Of a stretch of DNA of 64,000 nucleotides, positions 19,828 to 30,096 are shown one piece after another (position 1 is the first letter of the stretch; each line of letters starts with the position of its first letter). Below the pieces are notes generated by a model. That model ran no database searches, was not told where the DNA came from, and saw only the letters and a list, made by a program, of their open reading frames with translations. Position numbers and translations under genes: made by a program. This DNA is from Gammaproteobacteria bacterium (GTDB lineage Bacteria; Pseudomonadota; Gammaproteobacteria; JACCYU01): contig JACCZW010000085.1 in NCBI GenBank assembly GCA_013695765.1, positions 935 through 64,934 of the forward strand, given 5' to 3'.

Positions 19828-20595
19828 ATGTCACCCATTATCAAGACTCCCGAAGAGATCGGTAAAATGCGCGTCGCCTGCCGTCTGGCGACCGAGGTGT
19901 TGTTGATGATCAGCCAGCATATCAGGCCGGGCGTTACCACGAACGAACTGGATGAGCGGTGTCACGACTTCATTGTTAACGCACTGGTCGCGGTGCCGGC
20001 ACCACTTAACTATCGCGGCTTTCCGAAATCGATCTGCACCTCCGTCAACCATCAGGTGTGCCACGGCATACCCGGCGGCAAAACGCTCAGGAACGGTGAC
20101 ATTCTCAATATTGACACCACCATCATCAAGGGCGGTTTCCATGGCGACACCAGCCGGATGTTTTACGTCGGCCAGCCCTCGGTGCTCGCCAGACGCCTGA
20201 TGGACACGACCTACGCCGCCCTGCGCACCGGTATCGCCCGGGTGCGGCCCGGCGCGCGGCTGGGCGACATTGGCCATGCGATCCAGAGCTACGCCGAACA
20301 GCACGGTTGCTCGGTCGTGAGGGAATATTGCGGCCACGGCATCGGGCGCGGATTCCACGAGGATCCGCAGGTGCTGCATTACGGCCAGCCGGGCACCGGC
20401 GTGGAATTGATGCCCGGCATGACCTTCACCATCGAGCCGATGCTCAATGCAGGCAAACGCTTCGTCAAGGTGATGGCCGACGGCTGGACGGTCGTAACCA
20501 AGGATCACAGTCTGTCCGCGCAATGGGAACACACCGTGCTGGTGACCGAAGGCGGTCACGAGATCCTCACCCTGCGGCCCGACGAGTCCGCATGA
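19828..20595 (+). CDS. map: type I methionine aminopeptidase
   Basis: The homologous region starts at ATG 19828 (MSPIIKTPEEIGKMRVA...). Contains the CHGIPG motif and conserved metal-ligand context. It is divergent from rpsB, as in many proteobacteria. Confidence 0.93.
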   Translation: MSPIIKTPEEIGKMRVACRLATEVLLMISQHIRPGVTTNELDERCHDFIVNALVAVPAPLNYRGFPKSICTSVNHQVCHGIPGGKTLRNGDILNIDTTIIKGGFHGDTSRMFYVGQPSVLARRLMDTTYAALRTGIARVRPGARLGDIGHAIQSYAEQHGCSVVREYCGHGIGRGFHEDPQVLHYGQPGTGVELMPGMTFTIEPMLNAGKRFVKVMADGWTVVTKDHSLSAQWEHTVLVTEGGHEILTLRPDESA

Positions 20596-23372
20596 ACGGT
20601 CCCGACGCCGCGCCGTCCGCCGAAAAGCTCACCGCATCGCTAAAGCAGACATTGCGCTGGCCGCAACCCTGTTGCGAACCAAGATCCAAAGAGATCGCCG
20701 CGTTCAGCAATATTCTCAAGAAATCCGGCAAGGCCTTCCGCGACGCGTTCCATAGCGGCACCGACACCGCCGCGCTGGTGCAGGGTCGAGCCGCGATTAT
20801 CGATCATCTGCTGGAGCTGGCATGGCGGCGCTTCAAGCTCACCGCCACACCGGGTGTGGCGCTGGTGGCGGTCGGCGGCTACGGCCGTGGCGAGCTGCAT
20901 CCCTTTTCGGATATCGATCTGATGGTGCTGCTGAACGCGCCCGCCGATGTATCGTTGGAAGAACGATTGTCGGAGTTTCTGATCTTTTTATGGGACATTG
21001 GTCTGCCGGTTGGCCATAGCGTGCGCACCCTGGACGAAAGCGTGTCCGCCGGCGCGGACGATGTTACGATCGCTACCAATCTGATGGAGTCACGTCTGCT
21101 GGCGGGACCGGAATCGCTCTACCGGGAGCTGACCGAACGCGTCGCACCACCGCACATCTGGCCGAGCCGCGAGTTCTTTTCGGCCAAGCTGGACGAACAG
21201 GATCGCCGCCACCACAAGTTTGGCGACACCGCGTACCGCCTGGAGCCGAACGTCAAGGAAAGCCCTGGCGGCATGCGTGACATCCAGACGGTGGGCTGGG
21301 TCACCAAGCGGCACCTGGGCGCCACCAGTCTGCACGAACTGGTACACCATGGCTTTCTTGGCGAAGACGAATATCAGACTCTGGCGTCGGGTCAGAGTTT
21401 TCTGTGGCGCGTGCGCTACGCGCTGCACATGCTGGCGGGCAGGCGCGAGGATCGCCTGCTGTTCGACTATCAGCGCACCATCGCGGAGCAGTTCGGCTAT
21501 GCCGATGAGGACAACAATCTCGCGGTCGAGCAGTTCATGCAACGCTACTATCGCACCGTGATGGAATTGCAGCGACTCAACGAGATGTTGCTGCAGCTAT
21601 ACAAGGAAGCGATTCTTTACGCTGGCGAGACCGACGAGCCGCAATGGATCAACCGGCGCTTTCGCGCGCGCAAGGGCTTTCTGGAGGTCACGAACGAGAA
21701 CATCTTCCGGCGTTATCCCTCGGCGTTGCTGGAACTGTTCCTGGTCATGCAGCAACACCCGGAACTCAAGGGCGTGCGCGCCTCGACCATTCGGCTGGTG
21801 CGCGAACACTGCTATCTTATCGACGACAACTTTCGCGATCACATCGCCAACCGCAGCCTGTTCATGGAAATCCTGTGTCAGCCCAGCGGCATCACTCACG
21901 AGCTGCGACGCATGAACCGCTACGGCGTACTCGCGGCCTACTGGCCCAGCTTCGCCAGAGTGGCGGGGCGCATGCAATACGATCTTTTTCACACCTACAC
22001 GGTCGACGAACACACCCTGGTGGTGCTGCGCAACGTGCGGCGTCTGTCGGTGCCGGAGTTCGCGCACGAACTGCCGTTTTGCAGCGAACTGTTCTGGCAG
22101 ATTCCCAAACCAGAACTGTTGTATCTAGCCGCACTGTTCCACGACATCGGCAAAGGCCGCGGCGGTGATCACTCGGACATCGGCGCGCGCGAGGCGGAAG
22201 TTTTCTGTCTGCAGCATGGACTGAGCGAGTACGATGCGCGCCTCGTCGCGTGGCTGGTGCGACACCATTTATCGATGTCGCTGACCGCGCAGCGCCGCGA
22301 CATCAGCGATCCCGCGATCATCAATTCGTTCGCCGAAAAGGCCGGCAACCTGGCGCGCCTCAATTATCTTTACCTGCTCACCGTCTCGGATATCCGCGCC
22401 ACTAATCCGAACTTATGGAATTCGTGGAAAGACGCGCTGCTGATGGAGCTGTATGTGGCCGCCAGAAGAGTGCTGCAGCGTGGGCTGGACAATCCGTTGG
22501 CGCGCGACGAACTGATCGGCGAGGTCAAACAGGCCAGTCTACAGCTGTTACAGGCGCGCGGTCTTGATCTCGATGCCTGCCGTGAATTGTGGCGCGAATT
22601 CGACGAGCAGTATTTTCTGCGGCACTCCGACGACGAGATTGCCTGGCACACGCAAGCCATCGTGCAGTCGGATCTCCGGCAGCGCCCGCTGGTCCTGGTC
22701 CGACAGTTGACCGCGCGCGGCAGCACCGAAATCTTCATTTACGCGCAAAGCCATCCTCAACTATTCGCGTACATTACCTCGGCGCTGGCGCGGCTGGGCC
22801 TCGACGTGCTGGACGCGCGCATTACCACCACCAGCGCGGGTTATACGCTGGACACCTTTATGGTGCTGGGCGACGCCGGCAAGCCGATCGCGGAGCAATT
22901 CCGCATCGACGAAATCTCGGCCACCCTGGCTAATCTGTTGCAGGAACCGGAGCACGAGCCGCTTGAAACTTCGTGGCGCGTATCGCGCAAGCTGCGGCAT
23001 TTCGATGTACCGACGCGGATCACGTTCGACACTACCGCCAACCGCCGTTACACGGTACTGGAGCTGATTACGGCGGATCGCCCCGGGCTTTTGTCCAGCA
23101 TCGGCAAGGCGTTCACCGACAGCGGCGTGCTGGTGCACAATGCGCGCATCACCACCATCGGCGAGCAGGCCGAGGATATGTTCATCGTCACCGACCTGAA
23201 GAATCAGCCGATCATCGACGAATGGCACCTGGCGCTGATCCGCGCCCGGCTGCTCACGCGTCTGGGCAAACCGGCGGTGCGAGAGGTTATGCCGCAACCG
23301 GACGATGACACATTGATGCGCCAGATCGCGGGCGCCGTGCCCGACGACGGCGAATCCGGATCGCATTCCTGA
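20592..23372 (+). CDS. glnD: [protein-PII] uridylyltransferase / uridylyl-removing enzyme
   Basis: The ATG overlaps the map stop (ATGA). It has the nucleotidyltransferase motif GGYGRGELHPFSDIDL, an HD domain (FHDIGKGRGGDHS) and two C-terminal ACT-like domains. 926 aa. Confidence 0.93.
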   Translation: MNGPDAAPSAEKLTASLKQTLRWPQPCCEPRSKEIAAFSNILKKSGKAFRDAFHSGTDTAALVQGRAAIIDHLLELAWRRFKLTATPGVALVAVGGYGRGELHPFSDIDLMVLLNAPADVSLEERLSEFLIFLWDIGLPVGHSVRTLDESVSAGADDVTIATNLMESRLLAGPESLYRELTERVAPPHIWPSREFFSAKLDEQDRRHHKFGDTAYRLEPNVKESPGGMRDIQTVGWVTKRHLGATSLHELVHHGFLGEDEYQTLASGQSFLWRVRYALHMLAGRREDRLLFDYQRTIAEQFGYADEDNNLAVEQFMQRYYRTVMELQRLNEMLLQLYKEAILYAGETDEPQWINRRFRARKGFLEVTNENIFRRYPSALLELFLVMQQHPELKGVRASTIRLVREHCYLIDDNFRDHIANRSLFMEILCQPSGITHELRRMNRYGVLAAYWPSFARVAGRMQYDLFHTYTVDEHTLVVLRNVRRLSVPEFAHELPFCSELFWQIPKPELLYLAALFHDIGKGRGGDHSDIGAREAEVFCLQHGLSEYDARLVAWLVRHHLSMSLTAQRRDISDPAIINSFAEKAGNLARLNYLYLLTVSDIRATNPNLWNSWKDALLMELYVAARRVLQRGLDNPLARDELIGEVKQASLQLLQARGLDLDACRELWREFDEQYFLRHSDDEIAWHTQAIVQSDLRQRPLVLVRQLTARGSTEIFIYAQSHPQLFAYITSALARLGLDVLDARITTTSAGYTLDTFMVLGDAGKPIAEQFRIDEISATLANLLQEPEHEPLETSWRVSRKLRHFDVPTRITFDTTANRRYTVLELITADRPGLLSSIGKAFTDSGVLVHNARITTIGEQAEDMFIVTDLKNQPIIDEWHLALIRARLLTRLGKPAVREVMPQPDDDTLMRQIAGAVPDDGESGSHS

Positions 23373-23491
23373 TTGCGCCCCTATTGCCGCGCAATCGGTG
23401 AAAAGGCACAGCGTAGTCCACAGACATTCCTGCCGATAAGAATAGCGGCGCGGACCGCGACGCGGTTTACTAGAGACACTCAACAAGAACG

Positions 23492-24688
23492 ATGAACCCG
23501 GGTTTCAAGCAGCTACAGTCTTACCCGTTCGAGAAGTTAGCCGCGCTGCTGACAGACACGCGGCCGGCAAACCTATTTGAGCCGATCGCATTGGCCGTCG
23601 GCGAACCCAGACACCCCACGCCTGCCGTGATTCGTGAAACGCTCGTCAAGCACCTTGACGGGCTGGCGAACTATCCCCTGATCCGCGGCGAGCGCAATCT
23701 GCGCGAGGCGATTGCCCATTGGTTGTGCCGCCGGTTTGATCTGCCGGTAAATTCTATTGACCCGGACACTAACGTGCTGCCGGTCAACGGCACGCGCGAG
23801 GCGCTGTTTGCGATCGCGCAATGCGTGGTCGATCGGGGCGAAGGTTCGCTGGTGCTGATGCCGAACCCGTTTTACCAGATCTACGAGGGCGCGGCGCTGC
23901 TGGCGGGCGCGCAACCGTGTTATCTTAACTGTGACCAGGAAAACGGTTTCCTGCCCGATTTCGATTCGATCAGCGACACCACGTGGGCGCGCTGTCAGTT
24001 GCTGTATCTGTGCAGTCCCGGCAATCCGGCCGGCGCGGTCATTCCCGACCGGCTGTTGCGGCGGCTGATCGAGCTCGCCGAACAACACGATTTCATCATT
24101 GCCAGCGATGAGTGTTATGCCGAGGTCTACCCGGACGAGGCGCGACCGCCGCCGGGGCTGCTGGGCGCGGCCGCGCGCATGGGCAATACAGAATTCCGCC
24201 GCTGTCTGGTGTTTCATAGTTTATCCAAGCGTTCTAACGCGCCTGGCCTGCGCTCCGGTTTCGTGGCCGGCGACGTGCGACTTATCGCGCAGTTTGCGCG
24301 TTATCGCACCTACCACGGCTGCGCCATGCCGCCGCCCATACAGGCGGCCAGCGAAGCGGCCTGGGGCGACGAGGCGCACGTTATCGACAACCGCCGTCTT
24401 TATCGCGAAAAGTTCGACGCGGTCCTTGAGATACTCGCGCCAGTTCTGGACGTAGCAAAGCCCGCGGGCGGTTTTTATCTATGGCCGCGGCTGCACATCG
24501 ACGATCAGCGTTTCGCACAAGAGCTATACGCGCAACAAAACGTCACGGTGCTGCCCGGCAGTTTTCTCTCGCGCACACATAACGGCCACAACCCCGGCAC
24601 GAATTACATACGCATCGCGCTGGTGGCGCCGCTGGAAGACTGCATCGCGGCCGCGCGGCGCATAACTGAATTTATGAAAACGCTTTAA
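23492..24688 (+). CDS. dapC: succinyldiaminopimelate aminotransferase
   Basis: 398-aa class I aminotransferase ([17 protein letters not shown]-lysine region). Its position directly upstream of dapD matches DapC of beta- and gammaproteobacteria. Confidence 0.85.
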   Translation: MNPGFKQLQSYPFEKLAALLTDTRPANLFEPIALAVGEPRHPTPAVIRETLVKHLDGLANYPLIRGERNLREAIAHWLCRRFDLPVNSIDPDTNVLPVNGTREALFAIAQCVVDRGEGSLVLMPNPFYQIYEGAALLAGAQPCYLNCDQENGFLPDFDSISDTTWARCQLLYLCSPGNPAGAVIPDRLLRRLIELAEQHDFIIASDECYAEVYPDEARPPPGLLGAAARMGNTEFRRCLVFHSLSKRSNAPGLRSGFVAGDVRLIAQFARYRTYHGCAMPPPIQAASEAAWGDEAHVIDNRRLYREKFDAVLEILAPVLDVAKPAGGFYLWPRLHIDDQRFAQELYAQQNVTVLPGSFLSRTHNGHNPGTNYIRIALVAPLEDCIAAARRITEFMKTL

Positions 24689-24699
24689 CGGAGACTGGC

Positions 24700-25524
24700 A
24701 TGAGCGATTTGCAAACCATCATCGAAGACGCGTTCGAGCGCCGCGCGGAACTCTCGCCGCGCAACGTCGATACACAAATCCGCGAGGCCGTGCTCGAAAC
24801 CATTGAACAACTCGACCAGGGCCGCCTGCGCGTGGCGGAGAAAACAAACGGCCAGTGGGCGGTCAACGAGTGGCTCAAAAAAGCCGTGCTGCTGTCGTTC
24901 CGTATCGAGGACAACCGCTTTATCAGCGGCGGCTTTACCAACTACTTCGATAAGGTGCCGCTCAAATACGCCGAGGTCAGCGTGGATGATTTTCGCGCTG
25001 ACGGCGCGAGAGTGGTGCCACCCGCGACCGTGCGCAAGGGCGCCTTCATCGCGCCCAACGTGGTGCTGATGCCGTCGTACGTGAACATCGGCGCTTTTGT
25101 GGATTCCGGCACCATGGTCGACACCTGGGCCACGGTTGGCTCCTGCGCGCAGATCGGCAAAAACGTGCACCTGTCCGGCGGCGTGGGCATCGGCGGCGTA
25201 CTGGAACCCTTGCAGGCCGCGCCCACCATCATCGAGGACGACTGCTTCATCGGCGCGCGCTCGGAGGTCGTCGAAGGCGTGATCGTCGAGCAAGGTTCCG
25301 TGATATCAATGGGCGTTTACATCGGCCAGAGCACGCGCATCTACGACCGCGAGCGCGACGAATTCACCTACGGTCGCGTGCCGGCGGGTTCGGTGGTGGT
25401 GTCCGGCAACTTGCCTGCCAAAGACGGCAAATACAGCTTGTACTGCGCGGTGATCGTCAAGAAGGTCGACGCGAAGACGCGCGGCAAGGTGGGGCTGAAT
25501 GAGTTATTGCGCAATCTTGATTAA
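24700..25524 (+). CDS. dapD: tetrahydrodipicolinate N-succinyltransferase
   Basis: 274 aa with a DapD-like N-terminal domain and a hexapeptide-repeat domain. Confidence 0.92.
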   Translation: MSDLQTIIEDAFERRAELSPRNVDTQIREAVLETIEQLDQGRLRVAEKTNGQWAVNEWLKKAVLLSFRIEDNRFISGGFTNYFDKVPLKYAEVSVDDFRADGARVVPPATVRKGAFIAPNVVLMPSYVNIGAFVDSGTMVDTWATVGSCAQIGKNVHLSGGVGIGGVLEPLQAAPTIIEDDCFIGARSEVVEGVIVEQGSVISMGVYIGQSTRIYDRERDEFTYGRVPAGSVVVSGNLPAKDGKYSLYCAVIVKKVDAKTRGKVGLNELLRNLD

Positions 25525-26736
<1,212 letters not shown>

Positions 26737-26928
26737 ATTGCCGGTATGGATCGCGCCTTTCTCGCATCCATTCGTGTAGCTTTTGATTTCCCTAAATTTC
26801 TGGACTAGAATTAATGCCGCGCTCGGTCTGAGGATAATTGACACTGAGATAAACTTAGAGGGCGCTTGCAGCCAGAAGCTTGTCGTCTATATAAATAATA
26901 GGTAGGTATACACAGCGAGAAGTAAGTT

Positions 26929-27444
26929 TTGAACTACGACATCCATGGTCCGTTTGAAGTCATTCGATCTGGTCGCCTCGTCGACAAATCCGCCAAAGGT
27001 AAGCGCGACTTCTGGCAGTCTGTTGAGGAGAACGTGCCCGGCCTTTCGGACGCGGTCGGCTGCTATATTTTCTGCATCGGTATAAAGCCTTGGTATGTTG
27101 GTCTGGCCGAGAAACAAAGCTTTAGAAGCGAGTGCTTTCAACCACACAAGATCAATGCCTTCAACTCTGCGATCGACAAGACGAAAGGGGCGCCTCAACT
27201 TGTCTTGATCGGGAAACTCACGCCAAAGGGCAAGTTTGCGAAGCCGGGCGTAAATGGCCATAAGGCCAGCCGGTTTCTTGAGGACTTGCTTATAGGTATG
27301 GCTCTGTCCAACAACCCACTCCTAGAGAACATTCGTGGCACAAAGTTCACAAAGGAGCTTGTAGTCCCTGGAGTACTTAATACGCCACAGGGCAAGGCAA
27401 AGAAGACAGCCGTCCAATTCCTAAAGGGCGCATTGCATGCCTGA
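26929..27444 (+). CDS. hypothetical protein with GIY-YIG-like nuclease motifs
   Basis: 171 aa. The TTG start is preceded by GAGAAG. The motif order and spacing fit GIY-YIG/T5orf172-type domains: GCY(44-46), then 10 residues, then YVG(56-58), R66, H73, E118 in FLEDLLI, and N134 in PLLENIRG. The gene is lower in GC than its flanks. The assignment is by eye only. Confidence 0.5.
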   Translation: MNYDIHGPFEVIRSGRLVDKSAKGKRDFWQSVEENVPGLSDAVGCYIFCIGIKPWYVGLAEKQSFRSECFQPHKINAFNSAIDKTKGAPQLVLIGKLTPKGKFAKPGVNGHKASRFLEDLLIGMALSNNPLLENIRGTKFTKELVVPGVLNTPQGKAKKTAVQFLKGALHA

Positions 27445-27509
27445 CCCTTCGTTCCCGCGGACCACCTTTGGCCGCCGCTGAATTCAAACATTGCGCATTA
27501 AGGGCGTAG

Positions 27510-28253
27510 ATGTCAGGAATTCTTTCACTACGGCACGATTCCGGAATCTTGAATGTGTCGGATTCCGCTCTTATCGTTGGGATCGACGACACCGGACATG
27601 AGAGTTTCGCCGACGAAGCTCATCCATTGTTTGGCCTTGGCGGATGCGCTGTGCGGGCTGCCGACTATTTTCGCTATCTAGACGACCCGTGGCATGAGTT
27701 AAAGAAGAGGTACTTTGGAGGCCCTGATATCAAGCTGCACGCAAGTAAACTGAGAAATCCAAGTCAGGAGCAGGTAGAAGCGCTCGGCGTGTTCTTTAAG
27801 AACTTGCCCTTCTTCAGGTTTGCGACTGTCTCCGCGAGAACTGCCCGTAACGAAACTATTGAAACCATCGTTCACCTGGTAAGCGTCATGGTCATGCAGC
27901 AAGTTGCCGCCTTTGCGCAGCGGACGCAGCCTTCCGCCATTGTATTCATCATCGAAACTTCTGAGCGAGTTGATAGAGCACTGCGTATGCACTTTGGTGC
28001 TTACAGATTCGGCAATGGTGAAATAGAAATTCAGCCAAGTGTGCTTCTAGCAAGCAAAGACGCAAGGGCGTCATGTGTTGAAGTAGCCGATTTTGTTGTT
28101 CATCCTGCAGGTGCGCAGGTTCGAAATCGTCTAAGGGGTTTCAAAAACCTTCATAATATTATTCGGAAGGACTTTGACGCCGTTTTTCACACAGTGGACA
28201 GAAAATTAGTGGATTATCGAGAGTTGCTGGAAGCTAGGCCGCATCGAGGCTGA
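27510..28253 (+). CDS. DUF3800 family protein
   Basis: 247 aa. It has the N-terminal acidic motif LIVGIDDTGHE (the DESG-like motif of DUF3800), a central KLHASKL motif and a C-terminal VEVADFVVHP motif. AAGGG lies upstream of the ATG. It starts 65 nt downstream of the previous gene on the same strand. Confidence 0.65.
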   Translation: MSGILSLRHDSGILNVSDSALIVGIDDTGHESFADEAHPLFGLGGCAVRAADYFRYLDDPWHELKKRYFGGPDIKLHASKLRNPSQEQVEALGVFFKNLPFFRFATVSARTARNETIETIVHLVSVMVMQQVAAFAQRTQPSAIVFIIETSERVDRALRMHFGAYRFGNGEIEIQPSVLLASKDARASCVEVADFVVHPAGAQVRNRLRGFKNLHNIIRKDFDAVFHTVDRKLVDYRELLEARPHRG

Positions 28254-28329
28254 GTTCCGTAGCGTCATCAGCGCCGCTTTCGCCGTGCCATCATCTACCG
28301 ACTGAGCACAAGCGAGTTATTTGTCGTTG

Positions 28330-28474
28330 CCTGCTTTCATCATCGCCGTGATCCGGGCTCCAGCCGCGGCAGGGACTGCCTGGGTAGCGAGGTAGATCGT
28401 CCGAGTCTTAGCGAGACGTTCATGATGAACTGGTCGCGCAAGTAATCAGCGACGAATTGGATTCTCTGATCCAT
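28330..28474 (-). mobile_element. decayed N-terminal stub of an IS481-family-like transposase
   Basis: The minus strand reads MDQRIQFVADYLRDQFIMNVSLRLGRSTS... then stops. The first ~20 residues resemble the HTH N-terminus (MDxxxRFIADYLR...) common in IS481-type transposases. No catalytic domain follows. Confidence 0.35.
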
Positions 28475-28780
28475 GGGCGACGTTTAACTCCAAGGCATGG
28501 GGTGCGTGAGCCTCATGCTTCCGATGCAACTGAAATCCTGTCGGTACTTTCCGCGCCCTCTACTGATCCGGCAGGCTTCTCCGCGCCCAGCTTCTTCGAG
28601 AAGCTGCACATGGTGCTTGAAGCGGTCCAGGCGACTAAAGGTTCATCAGCGGGCCGATTACTTTGCTAACCTCTCGCTGCAGGAGACGCATGAAACCGCT
28701 GGCGAATTTTATCAAGCGGCGCGCCCGTGACGCTGAGCCCGGCGTTAGAGCCTCGTTTGGGCCTGTGATATTCTCGTCGA

Positions 28781-29005
28781 ATGGACAGTGAAAAGATTGA
28801 GCGCGAAGCCCTCCACCTTTCCGCATCAGATCGGGCGAAGCTTGCGCAAAAGCTCCTGCTTAGTTTGGATGAGCTTTCCGAATCCGAACTCGATCAGCTT
28901 TGGCTCGATGAGGCCGAGCGTAGGGCCCGCGAGATCGATGAAGGCATTGTTCAGCTCGTGCCAGGCGATGAGGTCAGCCGCAAGGCTCGCACTCTGTTGA
29001 AGTGA
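28781..29005 (+). CDS. addiction-module antitoxin (TIGR02574-like component)
   Basis: 74 aa. The sequence ...ALHLSASDRAKLAQKLLLSLDE...LWLDEAERRAREIDEG matches the pattern of the putative addiction module component family. Its stop overlaps the start of the toxin gene (GTGA). Confidence 0.75.
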   Translation: MDSEKIEREALHLSASDRAKLAQKLLLSLDELSESELDQLWLDEAERRAREIDEGIVQLVPGDEVSRKARTLLK

Positions 29006-29322
29006 GTTATCGTTTTCACCCGGCGGCTGAGGCGGAACACCTTGAAGTCGTTGCTTTCTACGAATCTCGGCGGCCGGGCCTCGGTATTGCGTACCTGAAC
29101 GAGTTTGAACAAGTCATGACCCATGTAGCGCAAACTCCGCACCGTTATCGCATTGAACGCAAACCAGACATCCGCAGGGTTTCGCTGGTCCGTTTTCCCT
29201 TCAAACTCATCTTCCGAGACATAGGTGATTCTGTCCAAGTCCTTGCCGTCTCTCATAAGCGTCGCAGGCCAGAGTACTGGATTGGTCGCCTCCAATCTCA
29301 CGCCGCGGCCGGTAGCCCGTGA
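29002..29322 (+). CDS. type II toxin, RelE/ParE family
   Basis: 106 aa. Contains ...AEAEHLEVVAFYESRRPGLG...FPFKLIFRDIGDSVQVLAVSHKRRRPEYW, which is typical of ParE/plasmid-stabilisation toxins. It is translationally coupled to the antitoxin gene. Confidence 0.8.
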   Translation: MSYRFHPAAEAEHLEVVAFYESRRPGLGIAYLNEFEQVMTHVAQTPHRYRIERKPDIRRVSLVRFPFKLIFRDIGDSVQVLAVSHKRRRPEYWIGRLQSHAAAGSP

Positions 29323-29458
29323 AACCCTCGGTTTTCCCAGCCTTTAGTGGCCAGCCGCGAGTGAGCGTATTCGCACGTATCCGAACATTCAAAGGTGAGC
29401 AGCCCTTAAGCGTTAGCGCCGGGCTGCATACCCACTCGGCGCGAAGTTAGGCTCCACT

Positions 29459-29968
29459 ATGAAGACCAAGGTCGAGCGACGCACCGTCGATCTGTCTGGA
29501 TATCCAGATTTGGTCGTTATCTATCTCGGCATGCGCGTCAACGCGCTGGCGGGTCTCAAGACACTGTTCGGCTTCGGCCCTAAAATTGGCAAGTCGGTTG
29601 AGGCCGATCCGGGCGGGTTGCTGCTTCACGAGAACCTGCTGTTTTCGCTGGCGCCACCGCATGTCGGTATGCGTCAGTACTGGCGCGACTTCGAATCGCT
29701 TGAACGTTGGGCGCGCTCCGATCCTCACAGTGAGTGGTGGCGGCAGTTCTTGCGGAACTCGGGGGGAACAGGCTTCTGGCACGAGGCCTACTTCATGCGT
29801 GGGGGCATGGAAGCTGTCTATGACGACATGGTCAAAAATACAGGGTTTCTCTGCTTTGCTCCGGTGAAGCCAGCGAGAAACAGAATGTTCTCCGCTCGCG
29901 ACCGAGCACAACAGCCTGGACGCGCGAGCACATCGGCGCCGGTAGCCGAGGATGAGTATTATCCTTGA
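29459..29968 (+). CDS. DUF4188 domain-containing protein
   Basis: 169 aa. The patterns LVVIYLGMRVN...ADPGGLL...MRQYWRDFESLERWA...GFWHEAY match my recollection of the DUF4188 family. Confidence 0.65.
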   Translation: MKTKVERRTVDLSGYPDLVVIYLGMRVNALAGLKTLFGFGPKIGKSVEADPGGLLLHENLLFSLAPPHVGMRQYWRDFESLERWARSDPHSEWWRQFLRNSGGTGFWHEAYFMRGGMEAVYDDMVKNTGFLCFAPVKPARNRMFSARDRAQQPGRASTSAPVAEDEYYP

Positions 29969-30019
29969 TCTCATAATTGTGCGGCGTTAGCGCATCCTCG
30001 GCTTGAATGCGATCTTGCA

Positions 30020-30038
30020 CAAGCGGTTGAACCGCTTG
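30020..30038. terminator. hairpin between convergent genes (weak bidirectional terminator candidate)
   Basis: CAAGCGG-TTGAA-CCGCTTG, a 7-bp stem, between the DUF4188 gene stop (29968) and the exonuclease gene stop (30097). There is no clear U-tract. Confidence 0.3.
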
Positions 30039-30096
30039 CGGGGCGAACGCTCGCTTCTTCCAGACGCGAATGACAAGTGGGTTGGTTTTGGGCCGC

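Noticed and set aside
28691-28795. 35-codon ORF (MKPLANFIKRRARDAEPG...) preceded by AGGAGA, just upstream of and overlapping the antitoxin start.
   Set aside because: The SD-to-ATG spacing is only about 3 nt. The ORF is very short and has no recognisable family. It is more likely part of the TA promoter or leader region.
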